This document shows positions 1 to 9,888 of a stretch of DNA of 28,640 bases, one piece after another (positions within the stretch are counted from its first letter, which is position 1; each line of letters starts with the position of its first letter). Made by a program: the position numbers and the translations under genes. The DNA comes from a bacterium (GTDB lineage Bacteria > Eisenbacteria > RBG-16-71-46), in contig JAYWEM010000032.1 of the NCBI GenBank assembly GCA_043779265.1, positions 1 through 28,640 of the forward strand, given 5' to 3'. Below the pieces are notes generated by a model. It saw nothing but the letters and a program-made list of their open reading frames with translations, was not told where the DNA came from and made no database searches.

Positions 1-734
1 CGCCACACGGAGTGATTGGAGATGAGTGCGTGTCCCTCGAGTTCCTGCTCGAAGAGGCTCTGGCAGAACGCGAGTGTCTCGGCCTCGCTGGCGGCTTCCA
101 GCCCCGCCGCGCGCCACGTGTCCTCGGTCGCCTCGACGATGAACGTCGACTGGCCGGGGCCGTACTGGTAGGCGTGCACCCGCCACAGCCCGTGTTCGGT
201 CGGCTTGAACCAGAACGTGAAGGCGGGGAACGGCCGCGACGTGCCGAGCCAGACGAATCGATTGGGCCGGAGATCGATGCTCGGCCGGAAGTGCTCGCGA
301 TGTCGCTCGCGCACCGCGGAGTTGGCACCGTCGGCCGCGAACACGAGGTCGGCCCCGAGCGAAGCCGGATCATCGATCGTGTGCTCGAATCTCAACTCGA
401 CACCGATGCGGCGGCAGCGCTCGGCCAGCAGTTCGAGCAACTCGCGCCGCGAGACCCCCGAGAACCCGTGCCCTGTCGAGGTGAGCACCTGCCCGCGGTA
501 GTGCACCTCGATGTCGTCCCAGCGATGACAGCGCTCGCCCATCGCGGCGATCGTCTCGGCATCGGCGCTGGCCAAGGCGTCCTCGGTGGCGTCGGAGAAC
601 ACGACGCCGAACCCGAACGTGTCCTCGAGTCGGTTGCGTTCGTACACCGTGACCTGATGGGCGGCGTCCTGCTGCTTCATGATGAGCGCGAAGAACAGAC
701 CTGCGGGACCTCCGCCGATGCAGGCGATCCTCAT
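1..734 (-). CDS. Anthraniloyl-CoA/salicylyl-CoA monooxygenase-type flavoprotein (AbmA-like), N-terminal part; runs off the left edge
   Basis: Absent from the ORF track because there is no stop in the window. Manual translation from ATG at 734 gives [50 protein letters not shown], with a GxGxxG FAD motif and the family-typical ERN..DTFGFGVVFSD. ATGA overlap with the upstream acyl-CoA dehydrogenase stop. Confidence 0.88.
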   Translation of the reverse strand, partial: MRIACIGGGPAGLFFALIMKQQDAAHQVTVYERNRLEDTFGFGVVFSDATEDALASADAETIAAMGERCHRWDDIEVHYRGQVLTSTGHGFSGVSRRELLELLAERCRRIGVELRFEHTIDDPASLGADLVFAADGANSAVRERHREHFRPSIDLRPNRFVWLGTSRPFPAFTFWFKPTEHGLWRVHAYQYGPGQSTFIVEATEDTWRAAGLEAASEAETLAFCQSLFEQELEGHALISNHSVW

Positions 735-1876
735 GCGAGCAACTGCCCCGCGATGACGAGGTGCTGGATCTCCGTGGTGCCCTCGTAGATGCGCAGCGCG
801 CGGACCGAGCGATACAGCCGGTCGACCGGGTGCGAGGCGAGCACGCCCGCGCCGCCCAGCACCTGCACCGCGTCATCCACGATGCGTTGCGCCGCCTCGG
901 TGGCGAAGGACTTGGCCATCGCGGCCTCGAGCGTGATGCGAGCAGCGCCGTGGTCGGCCTCGTACGCGGCGCGATAGACGAGCAATCGCGCCGCTGTCAG
1001 ATCGGTCGCCATGCGCGCCAGCTTCTGTTGCACCAGTTGGAACTCGGCCAGCGGCTTGCCGAACTGACGGCGCGTGCGCGCATGGGCGATCGCCTCGGCC
1101 AGCGCACGGGTCGCCATGCCGCAGGCGGCCGCTCCCACCGTGGGTCGGAGGCGGTCGAGCGTCTTCAAGCCGAGCGCGAAGCCCTTGCCCTCGGCCGCGA
1201 GTCGGTTGGCCGCGGGCACGCGGCAGCCTTCGAGCGCGATCTCGCCCAGGGGATGCGGAGAGGCGAGCACGAACGGACGCACGAATCGCAATCCCGGTGT
1301 GTCCGCGGGAACGACGAAGCAGCCGATGCCCTTGCCGCCCGCTGCGGGATCGGTCGTCGCGAACACGTTGTACCAGTCGGCGATGCCGGCGTTCGAGATG
1401 AACACCTTGCGCCCATCGAGCACGTAGTGGTCGCCGTCTCGGCGCGCCGTCGTCGCGAGTGCCGCGACATCGGTGCCGGCCTCGGGCTCGGTCATCGCGA
1501 ACGCGCCCATCGCGGTGCCCTGGATTCCGGCCTCGAGGTAGCGCTCGCGCATCGCGTCGTTGCCGCCATGGATCAGCGGCACCAGCCCGAGTCCCTGCAG
1601 TGCGAAGACCGCATCGGCCAAGGGAGAGGCGGCTGCGAGTGCCTCTCTCGCCAGACAGCAGGCACGCCAGTCGCCCGCTCGGATGGGCTCGAGCCAGCCA
1701 GCGGCCCCCATCGCCTTGAGCAGCTCGCGTGCCTCGAGGCGTGCGGCGCTGTCATCCGGTGGTTCGGGGCGGGGCGCGAGTTCGCGTGCCGCCCACGCGC
1801 CGACTCCCTCGGCGAATGCGGTGTGCGCCTCGTCGAGGAAGGCGCGGATGGGCTTCAAGTCGGGCGCGAAGTTCAT
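731..1876 (-). CDS. Acyl-CoA dehydrogenase
   Basis: 381 aa with [35 protein letters not shown] and RIYEGT (catalytic Glu) motifs. Confidence 0.95.
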   Translation of the reverse strand: MNFAPDLKPIRAFLDEAHTAFAEGVGAWAARELAPRPEPPDDSAARLEARELLKAMGAAGWLEPIRAGDWRACCLAREALAAASPLADAVFALQGLGLVPLIHGGNDAMRERYLEAGIQGTAMGAFAMTEPEAGTDVAALATTARRDGDHYVLDGRKVFISNAGIADWYNVFATTDPAAGGKGIGCFVVPADTPGLRFVRPFVLASPHPLGEIALEGCRVPAANRLAAEGKGFALGLKTLDRLRPTVGAAACGMATRALAEAIAHARTRRQFGKPLAEFQLVQQKLARMATDLTAARLLVYRAAYEADHGAARITLEAAMAKSFATEAAQRIVDDAVQVLGGAGVLASHPVDRLYRSVRALRIYEGTTEIQHLVIAGQLLA

Positions 1877-2673
1877 TTGAAGCGGGGTGTGCGCTTATCG
1901 CGGAAGGCCTCGTAGGCTTCGCGGTAGTCGGGGTGCTCCATCAGCCGCGCTTGCACTTCGGCCTCGAACTCGAGCGCCTCTTCGAGGCTGACATGGCCCT
2001 CCTGGTCGATCGCCTGCTTGGTCGCGGCGAGACTCGCCTGCGGCCCGCGCGCGAGGCGCTCGGCCAGCGCCGTCGCCTCGGCCAGCACCTGCTCCTGCGC
2101 CACGACGCGGTTGTAGAGTCCGATCTCGGCGGCGCGCGCGGCGTCGATGAAGTCGCCCGTCATCAGCAGTTCGGTGGCATGCGAGCGGCCGACGATGCGC
2201 GGCAGCATCCACGCCACCCCCATGTCGGCGCCCGAGAGCCCGACGCGCACGAACAGGAACGCGATCTTGGCGCTCGGCGCCGCGATCCGGATGTCGCAGG
2301 CGGTCGCGATCACCGCGCCAGCGCCAGCCACCGTGCCGTTGAGCGCGGCGATCACCGGCTTGCCGCAGCTGCGCATCTGACGGACGAGGTCGCAGGTCAG
2401 GCGGGTGAACTCGTGCAGTCCGGCGAAGTCGCGACCGAACAGGGCGCCGATGATGTCCTCGACGTCGCCGCCCGAGCAGAATCCGCGCCCCTCGCCGGTG
2501 ATGACCACGGCGCGCACGTTGGGATCGCGATCGATCGCGACGAAGCTGTCGCGCAGTTCGGTGTAGACCTCGAACGTGAGGGCGTTCAATCGCTCGGGTC
2601 GCGACAACGTGATCGTCGCGACGCCGGTCTCGGCGTTCAGTGCAAAGCGGAAGGAGCGGGGTTCGATCGACAT
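1873..2673 (-). CDS. Enoyl-CoA hydratase/crotonase-family protein
   Basis: Start re-assigned to ATG 2673 (MSIEPRSF). Motifs ITLSRPERLNAL, FCSGGDV, KPVIAALNG, AAEIGL. ATGA overlap with the acyl-CoA dehydrogenase. Confidence 0.93.
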   Translation of the reverse strand: MSIEPRSFRFALNAETGVATITLSRPERLNALTFEVYTELRDSFVAIDRDPNVRAVVITGEGRGFCSGGDVEDIIGALFGRDFAGLHEFTRLTCDLVRQMRSCGKPVIAALNGTVAGAGAVIATACDIRIAAPSAKIAFLFVRVGLSGADMGVAWMLPRIVGRSHATELLMTGDFIDAARAAEIGLYNRVVAQEQVLAEATALAERLARGPQASLAATKQAIDQEGHVSLEEALEFEAEVQARLMEHPDYREAYEAFRDKRTPRFK

Positions 2674-2675
2674 GG

Positions 2676-3860
2676 TCAGCGCGTGCCTCCGAGCATCGCG
2701 GTGGCCTCGATCTCGACGACGGCGCCGCGGTCGACGAGGCCCATCACCTGCACCAGCGCCATGGCCGGATAATACGTGCCGAAGCGCTCGCGCCAAATGC
2801 CGCCCAGCTCGCGGAGCGCGGCGCGATACGCATCGAGATCGGTGACGTACACCGTGAGCCTCGCGACATCGCTCGCCGAGCCACCCGCGCTGCGCACCAC
2901 CTCGAGCACCTTGTCGAGGGCGCCGCCGAACTGTGCCGCGAATCCAGGCGGCGCGCCCTCCTCCTGGTTCGACCAGCCGACTTGGCCCGCCACGAACAGC
3001 ATCCGAGCGCCCTCGGGCGCGAGCAGGCCGTTGTTCCAGCCCTTCGGCTCCCCGAGCGATGCGGGGTTCACGATCTCGAGTGGCATGCCCTCGGCTCCTC
3101 CTCCGGTCAGGACCGCGATGCGGCCATTGGCTTCGCTGATGCACAGGCGCACCACCTCGGCCGCGATCTCGTCCGGTGTGACGAGGCGCTTCTGGCCCGC
3201 GCTCGTGAGCACGGCGGCAAGCGCCTCCTCGGACGAGCGGTTCGTGCGCGACTGCACGTTCGCCACGCTCTTGCGGGTCATCGCGGTGTCGGCGTAGCCG
3301 GGGCACACCGCGTGCGCCGTGACGCCGGTACCCTCGTACTCGGCGGCGGTCGCGCGCGTCAATCCGATGACGGCGTGTTTGGCTGCGGTGTAGTGCGCGA
3401 TGTACCGACCACCGGTGAGTCCGGCGATCGAGGCCACGTTGATGATGCGGCCGAAGCCGCGTTCCGCCATGGCCGGAACGAACTCGCGCGTGCACAGGAA
3501 GGTGCCCGTCGCATTGACCGCCATGAGGTGGTTCCACTCCGAGAGCGCGATCTTCGCCAAGGGCGCCGCCATCGAGGCGCCGGCGTTGTTGATGAGCAGG
3601 TCGATCGCGCCGAGGCGCTCGCGCGCGGCGGCCCCGAGTCGGCGGACGCTGACCTCATCGCTGATGTCGCAGACGATGGCGTGCGCCGTGGCACCGCGCG
3701 ACGTGATCTGGCTGGCGACCCGCGCGATCTCGGCTTCGGAGCGAGCGGCCACCACGATCGAGGCCCCGGCCCCTGCGAGCGCCGAGGCGATGGCCTCGCC
3801 GATCCCGCGGCCGCCACCCGTGACGACGGCGCCGCGACCTTCGAGCGGGCGAGCGTTCAC
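2676..3860 (-). CDS. SDR oxidoreductase fused in frame to a C-terminal Rid (YjgF/YER057c/UK114) domain
   Basis: GTG at 3860 (GTGA overlap with the upstream stop). SDR motifs TGGGRGIG, NNAG, YTAAK are followed without a stop by MPLEIVNP..LFVAGQVG..YPAMALVQV..VEIEATA (Rid fold). Confidence 0.88.
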   Translation of the reverse strand: MNARPLEGRGAVVTGGGRGIGEAIASALAGAGASIVVAARSEAEIARVASQITSRGATAHAIVCDISDEVSVRRLGAAARERLGAIDLLINNAGASMAAPLAKIALSEWNHLMAVNATGTFLCTREFVPAMAERGFGRIINVASIAGLTGGRYIAHYTAAKHAVIGLTRATAAEYEGTGVTAHAVCPGYADTAMTRKSVANVQSRTNRSSEEALAAVLTSAGQKRLVTPDEIAAEVVRLCISEANGRIAVLTGGGAEGMPLEIVNPASLGEPKGWNNGLLAPEGARMLFVAGQVGWSNQEEGAPPGFAAQFGGALDKVLEVVRSAGGSASDVARLTVYVTDLDAYRAALRELGGIWRERFGTYYPAMALVQVMGLVDRGAVVEIEATAMLGGTR

Positions 3861-4618
3861 GGGCGAGCCCCGAGGGCTTCGGTGACGGCGTCGGCCAGGA
3901 TGATCCCGAGCGCGTGGAGTGTGTCGCGGCCCTCTTGGGCGGTGGCGTCGGCCGGCCAGCCGAAATAGGCGCGCGGCCCACCTGCCGCCTCGAACGTGGT
4001 TCTCCCCTCGCGGATGGCGGTGCCGAGCGATGCGGGATTGGCGGGCAGTGCGGTTCGCAGCGATTCGCGGACCAGGTCGGGCCGCTCGGCCATGACGATC
4101 GAGCCCTCGTAGCGGCCGGCATGGCAGGCGCCGGTCCGGAACTCCTCGGTCAGACGCACGGCCCACGGCTTGCGCGACACATCCGGGCAGATGACCGGAC
4201 AGGCTGCGGCTGCCGTGGCCGCCGCAATGGCGTCGCGCAGGGCTGCCAGATGCGCAGGATCGAGATGCGCGTTGGCCACGGCGAGTGCGGCGAAGCCGTG
4301 CCGCGCCAGTTCGCGCGCCAGGTCGGCGATGAGCGCGGTGAGCGTGGCGGGCGAGATCGAGAGCGTGCCGGCGAAGGCCGCGGCGAACGGCGCTGCGGTG
4401 TAGGGAACCTCGGGCAGCACGAGCGCGCTCCAACCGCGCGACTCCAGCTCCGCAGCGCCGGTTCTCGCCATGCCCCGGGCGATGATGACGTCGGTCGAGA
4501 GTGGCAGGTGCGGGCCATGCGCCTCGATCGCGCCGACCGGGAGCACGGCCACGGTCCGTGCGCGGTCCAGCTCGCGCACCTCCTCGAACGTCAGGTCGCC
4601 CAACTCGCGGATCGCCAC
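3857..4618 (-). CDS. Creatininase/creatinine amidohydrolase-family metalloenzyme
   Basis: LPVGAIEAHGPHLPLSTD, NAH and HAGRYEGS metal-binding motifs. Start GTG 4618 is inferred; the ORF is open to 4687. Confidence 0.9.
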   Translation of the reverse strand: MAIRELGDLTFEEVRELDRARTVAVLPVGAIEAHGPHLPLSTDVIIARGMARTGAAELESRGWSALVLPEVPYTAAPFAAAFAGTLSISPATLTALIADLARELARHGFAALAVANAHLDPAHLAALRDAIAAATAAAACPVICPDVSRKPWAVRLTEEFRTGACHAGRYEGSIVMAERPDLVRESLRTALPANPASLGTAIREGRTTFEAAGGPRAYFGWPADATAQEGRDTLHALGIILADAVTEALGARP

Positions 4619-4645
4619 GCTCCACCCTCTCGGCTCGTTGCGGGA

Positions 4646-4675
4646 TTGCCACGCGGCTCCAGCCGCCATCATGAT
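4646..4675 (+). promoter_or_regulatory. Possible sigma-70 promoter for the CoA ligase, with an overlapping 10-bp palindrome
   Basis: TTGCCA-N18-CATGAT in the divergent intergenic gap. The palindrome CATCATGATG overlaps the -10 element. Confidence 0.3.
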
Positions 4676-4698
4676 GCGCGCGGACACTGGAAACTATC

Positions 4699-6221
<1,523 letters not shown>

Positions 6222-6222
<1 letters not shown>

Positions 6223-7373
6223 TGGCGAGCGGGACCGCGTGGCTGTGTGCGCCATCGCGCACACCGTTCACACGCGCCGGCAAGGGGGCGTTGGCCGCGA
6301 GCCGCTCTGACGCGCTGCTGGCGAGCTTGTTCCGCCACCTGGTCGGGACGATGCGCCGGGAGGCCGTGAGTGCCATCGATGAGGTGATCGTCGGGTGCGC
6401 CTATCCCGAAGGCGAACAGGGTCGTAATGTCGCTCGCGCCATCACATTGGGTTGCGGGCTCCCCGACTCCGTGGCGGCGATGACGATCACGCGCCTGTGT
6501 GCGAGCAGCCTCGAGGCCACGGCGATCGCCGCGGCCAGGGTGCGGCTCGGGGATGCGACGATGGTGCTGGTGGGAGGCATGGAGAGCATGTCGCGCATCC
6601 CACTGGGGGGCGCGAATCCATCGCCGAACCCGGAGTGGATGGGCACGAGGCCCGACATTTACATGGCGATGGGCGAGACGGCCGAGCGGGTCGCACGCGC
6701 CCACGGCATCACGCGCGCCGATCAGGACGCCTGGGCGCTGAGGAGTCAGCAGCGCGCGCTCGCGGCGCGTGAGCGCGGTGTGTTCGGCGAGGAGATCGTG
6801 CCCGTCGTGCTCGCCGATGGCTCGAGTCTCGCAGCGGACGACGGCATCCGCGCCGACACGAGCGCCGAGAAGCTGGCGGCCCTGGCGCCGGTGTTCGCCT
6901 CCGACGGCACCGTCACCGCAGGCAACGCCTGCCCCACGAGTGATGGCGCCGCCGCGCTGCTCGTCGCCTCCAACGAGGCGATCGAGCGCTACGCGCTCAA
7001 GCCGCTCGGCCGAGTGGTGTCCTACGCCGTCGCCGGCGTGGATCCGGCGCTCATGGGCATCGGGCCGGTCGCCGCGGTACCGCGGGCGCTCGAGCGAGCG
7101 GGCCTGGTGCTGCGCGACATCGACCGCATCGAACTCAACGAGGCGTTCGCCTCGCAGGTTGTGGCGGTCGCGCGCGGTCTCTCGCTGGAGGAGTCGCGCA
7201 CCAATGTGAATGGCGGCGCGATCGCACTCGGCCATCCCCTGGGTGCCAGCGGCGTGCGGCTCGTGGGCACACTGCTTCGCGAGCTCGGTCGCTCGGGCGG
7301 GCGGCGCGGGTTGGCGACGCTATGCGTGGGCGGCGGCATGGGTGCGGCTATGGTGGTGGAGCGCGCCGGCTAG
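6222..7373 (+). CDS. Thiolase (acetyl-CoA C-acyltransferase)
   Basis: Start ATG 6222 (TGATG overlap with the ligase). Motifs RTPF, RLCASSL (Cys), NEAF, GHPLGASG and CVGGGMG are all intact. Confidence 0.95.
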
Positions 7374-7387
7374 CGATCGGTTCGAAG

Positions 7388-7416
7388 TTGACGACCCGCG
7401 GCGTCGGCGTCAGGCT
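7388..7416 (+). promoter_or_regulatory. Putative sigma-70 promoter giving a leaderless transcript
   Basis: TTGACG-N17-CAGGCT ends 7 nt before ATG 7424, and there is no Shine-Dalgarno before that ATG. Confidence 0.5.
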
Positions 7417-7423
7417 CCTTCGC

Positions 7424-7681
7424 ATGCTCCACTCGGACACGCATCCTGATGCTCGACGCGTCCAGGCCGACATTCTCCGACGGATGGGCGTCGCCGGGCG
7501 CGCGGCGCTGGCGGATGCGATGTGCCGGGACGCGCGCCGCCTCGCGCTGGCGGGGATTCGGAATCGTCGCCCTGGCGCGAGTGAGGCGGAGATCCTCGAG
7601 GCGTACACGCGGCTGGTTCTGCCGGCCGCGCTCGCCGAGGCGGTGGTGCGAGAGCGTGCCCGGCGCGTGGCGGACGGTTGA
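7424..7681 (+). CDS. Small helical protein, putative antitoxin (MenA1/Rv0078B-like)
   Basis: 85 aa, [21 protein letters not shown]...[14 protein letters not shown]. Its stop overlaps the start of the nucleotidyltransferase (TTGA). The R..P.A...EI pattern recalls Rv0078B. Confidence 0.7.
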   Translation: MLHSDTHPDARRVQADILRRMGVAGRAALADAMCRDARRLALAGIRNRRPGASEAEILEAYTRLVLPAALAEAVVRERARRVADG

Positions 7682-8253
7682 ACGCAGACCCGAGCCCGAT
7701 CCAGCTGCTCCTCGACGTCTCACGTCGGCTCGCTGATCTGGCGATCCCCTACTTCGTTGGTGGGTCGTTCGCCGCGTCACTGCATGGCGAGCCCCGGACC
7801 TCGCTCGATCTCGACCTCGTCATCGAGCTGAGCGCCGCCGACATCGAGCGCTTCGCGCGTGCGTTCGAGGCTGAGTTCTACGTCAGCCGGGAGGCCATCG
7901 CGGAGGCGGTGCGGGACCGGAGATCGTTCAATCTCATCCAGCTATCCTCTGCGTGGAAGCTCGACTTCTTCGTTCGAGGGAACGCTCCGTTCGACCTCGA
8001 GGAGTTCCGTCGCAGCGAATCGACGATGCTCGGCGACCCCGAGGCGTCGGTGCGAGTGAAGACGGCGGAGGACTCGATACTCCGCAAGTTGTCGTGGTTC
8101 CGAGAGGGTGGCGAGGTGGCGACCCTGCAATGGCGCGACGTCGTGGGGATCCTTCGGAACCGCCGCGGCGCGCTCGATGACGGATATCTCGATCGATGGG
8201 CGGCGGAACTCGGGGTCGCCGACCTGCTCGATCGCGCTCGCGCCGAGCACTGA
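7678..8253 (+). CDS. Nucleotidyltransferase (Pol-beta superfamily; AbiEii/MenT1-like), putative toxin
   Basis: 191 aa with [24 protein letters not shown] (GG/S..R.+.DxD), [13 protein letters not shown] and QWRDV. Confidence 0.82.
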   Translation: MNADPSPIQLLLDVSRRLADLAIPYFVGGSFAASLHGEPRTSLDLDLVIELSAADIERFARAFEAEFYVSREAIAEAVRDRRSFNLIQLSSAWKLDFFVRGNAPFDLEEFRRSESTMLGDPEASVRVKTAEDSILRKLSWFREGGEVATLQWRDVVGILRNRRGALDDGYLDRWAAELGVADLLDRARAEH

Positions 8254-8257
8254 TCGC

Positions 8258-8872
8258 TCAATTCGCGGCGCGGGGCTCGGCGAGCAGACGCTCGATGGTG
8301 GCGACGAGTTCCTCGTACTCGCGCGCGCAACTGCGGTGGCGCGGGTCGTCGCTCGGGTGGTACTCGCCGCCCGGATGAACCCAGCGCACGATGCCTTGGC
8401 GATCGGTCAGGAACGAGACGCTCGTCCAATTGCGTTCGGGGTGGCCGTCGAGCCACCAGCGCGAGAGCGTGCTCCATCGTTCATCGACGGCGATGGGTCC
8501 GGTGTAGCCGAGCCGATCCGCGAGCTTGAGGATGTTGGCGTCGCGGACCCGGCGGATCGGCTTGGGATGGAAGACGCCGATGATCTGCAGTCGATCGCTC
8601 CCGTAGCGGCGCTGCAGGCGTTCGAGTTCGGGGAGAGTGCCCTCGCAATAGCGGCACTCCTCGGTGAACCACCGCAGCAGCACCAGCTTGCCGCGCAGCT
8701 GCTCCTGAGTGAGCGGCTTGCTCCGGATCCAGCGGTCGAAGCTCCATGCCCGCGCGGGCCGGTCGAGCACGCTCGAGGGCGAATCGGCCTCGGCGGGACT
8801 CCGTGGGGCCGGGATCGCAGGTGGAGTCGCGAAGGCCGTGAGCAGAACGATCATGAGAAAGGTGCGTCGCAT
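8258..8872 (-). CDS. Exported TlpA/ResA-like thioredoxin-fold protein
   Basis: Start re-assigned to ATG 8872. Signal-like N-terminus, then LRGKLVLLRWFTEECRYC (CxxC) and SFLTDRQGIVRW. Confidence 0.85.
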   Translation of the reverse strand: MRRTFLMIVLLTAFATPPAIPAPRSPAEADSPSSVLDRPARAWSFDRWIRSKPLTQEQLRGKLVLLRWFTEECRYCEGTLPELERLQRRYGSDRLQIIGVFHPKPIRRVRDANILKLADRLGYTGPIAVDERWSTLSRWWLDGHPERNWTSVSFLTDRQGIVRWVHPGGEYHPSDDPRHRSCAREYEELVATIERLLAEPRAAN

Positions 8873-8881
8873 CGAGTCCCT

Positions 8882-8910
8882 AATGTAAGGTGCTCGCCGA
8901 CTCGAGCCAA
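8882..8910 (-). promoter_or_regulatory. Possible sigma-70 promoter for the thioredoxin-like gene
   Basis: Minus strand TTGGCT-N17-TACATT, 9 nt upstream of ATG 8872, in a locally AT-richer divergent gap. Confidence 0.35.
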
Positions 8911-8944
8911 ACGCATTCCCCGACCCCCATTGATGGAGGTTCTC

Positions 8945-9802
8945 ATGATCGGAATCGACACCGGCACGATCCGCCGCGTGTGGACGCTGGTGGTTGCAAC
9001 GCTCCTCGTCTCGTTCGCCACGACGGCGATCGCCGACGTGCCCAAGAGCATGCCGCAGCGTGACGACAAGGCCCCGTGCTTCCGTTGGCCGGCGGTGGAC
9101 TACGATGGTGACGGTGTGTACGACCGCATCGACTACTGCCCGAACACGCCCAAGGGCTGCATCGTGGACGAGCGCGGCTGCTCGAGCGATGCCGACGGTG
9201 ACGGCGTCTGCGATGGCGTCGACCTGTGCGCCAACACGCCGCCGGGCTTCGAGGTGGATGACAAGGGCTGCTCGGCCGCGCAGCGCGGAGCGACGAGCGC
9301 CGTGAACCAGACGAAGCCGGCGCCGCCGACTCCGGCGCGCGCCACGACGCCCCCGGCGCCGAAGCCCACCCCGGCTCCGAGCAAGCCGGTCACCGAGACC
9401 GAGCGTCAGTTGGTCTCGGGCGGCAAGGTCCGTCTCGAGAACATCTACTTCGAGACCGGCAGCGCCAAGCTGCTTCCCGAGTCCGAAGCCGCTCTGAACG
9501 ATGCGGGTTCGGCGCTCGAGAAGTTCGTCGACCTCAAGGTCGAGGTGCAGGGCCACACGGACACGCGTGGTTCCTCGGCGCTGAACCATCGTCTGTCGCA
9601 TGAGCGTGCGGAGTCCGTGCGCAGCTACCTGCTCTCCAAGTTCCAGATCCGCGGCGAGAACCTGATCGCCAAGGGCTACGGTGAGTCGCAGCCGGAGACG
9701 CAGGAGCGCAACGACGAGGAGCGCCTGCGCAATCGTCGCGTCGTGCTGAGCGTGTTGAACCCGGATGTGCTCCCGAAGAACGTGAAGATCGAAGGCCAGT
9801 AG
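8945..9802 (+). CDS. OmpA-C peptidoglycan-binding protein with thrombospondin type-3-like Ca-binding repeats (no beta-barrel)
   Basis: GGAGG SD at 8935-8939 and ATG 8945. Signal peptide, two DxDGDGVxDxxDxCxNTP repeats, a Pro-rich linker, then IYFETGSA, VQGHTD, LSHERAESV, GYGESQP and RNRRV. Confidence 0.92.
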   Translation: MIGIDTGTIRRVWTLVVATLLVSFATTAIADVPKSMPQRDDKAPCFRWPAVDYDGDGVYDRIDYCPNTPKGCIVDERGCSSDADGDGVCDGVDLCANTPPGFEVDDKGCSAAQRGATSAVNQTKPAPPTPARATTPPAPKPTPAPSKPVTETERQLVSGGKVRLENIYFETGSAKLLPESEAALNDAGSALEKFVDLKVEVQGHTDTRGSSALNHRLSHERAESVRSYLLSKFQIRGENLIAKGYGESQPETQERNDEERLRNRRVVLSVLNPDVLPKNVKIEGQ

Positions 9803-9823
9803 AAGCAGACAGTCTCCGCAACG

Positions 9824-9864
9824 AGCGACGGCGCCGGTCCCCTGTGGGGTCGGCGCCGTTCGCT
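9824..9864. terminator. Intrinsic terminator-like hairpin between convergent genes
   Basis: ACGGCGCCGGTCCC-ctgt-GGGGTCGGCGCCGT is a 14-bp stem with two G-U pairs on the + strand, 20 nt after the OmpA stop, followed by TTGTTCGCTTGT. Confidence 0.65.
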
Positions 9865-9888
9865 TGTTCGCTTGTCCGCTTCGGTCGA

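Noticed and set aside
7374..8260. Mobile element boundaries around the TA-like pair
   Set aside because: No transposase or integrase, terminal inverted repeats or target duplication is visible.
9095..9275. Repeated GACGGTGACGG-like DNA as a possible repeat array
   Set aside because: It is explained by the two TSP3-like protein repeats and has no CRISPR-like repeat/spacer periodicity.
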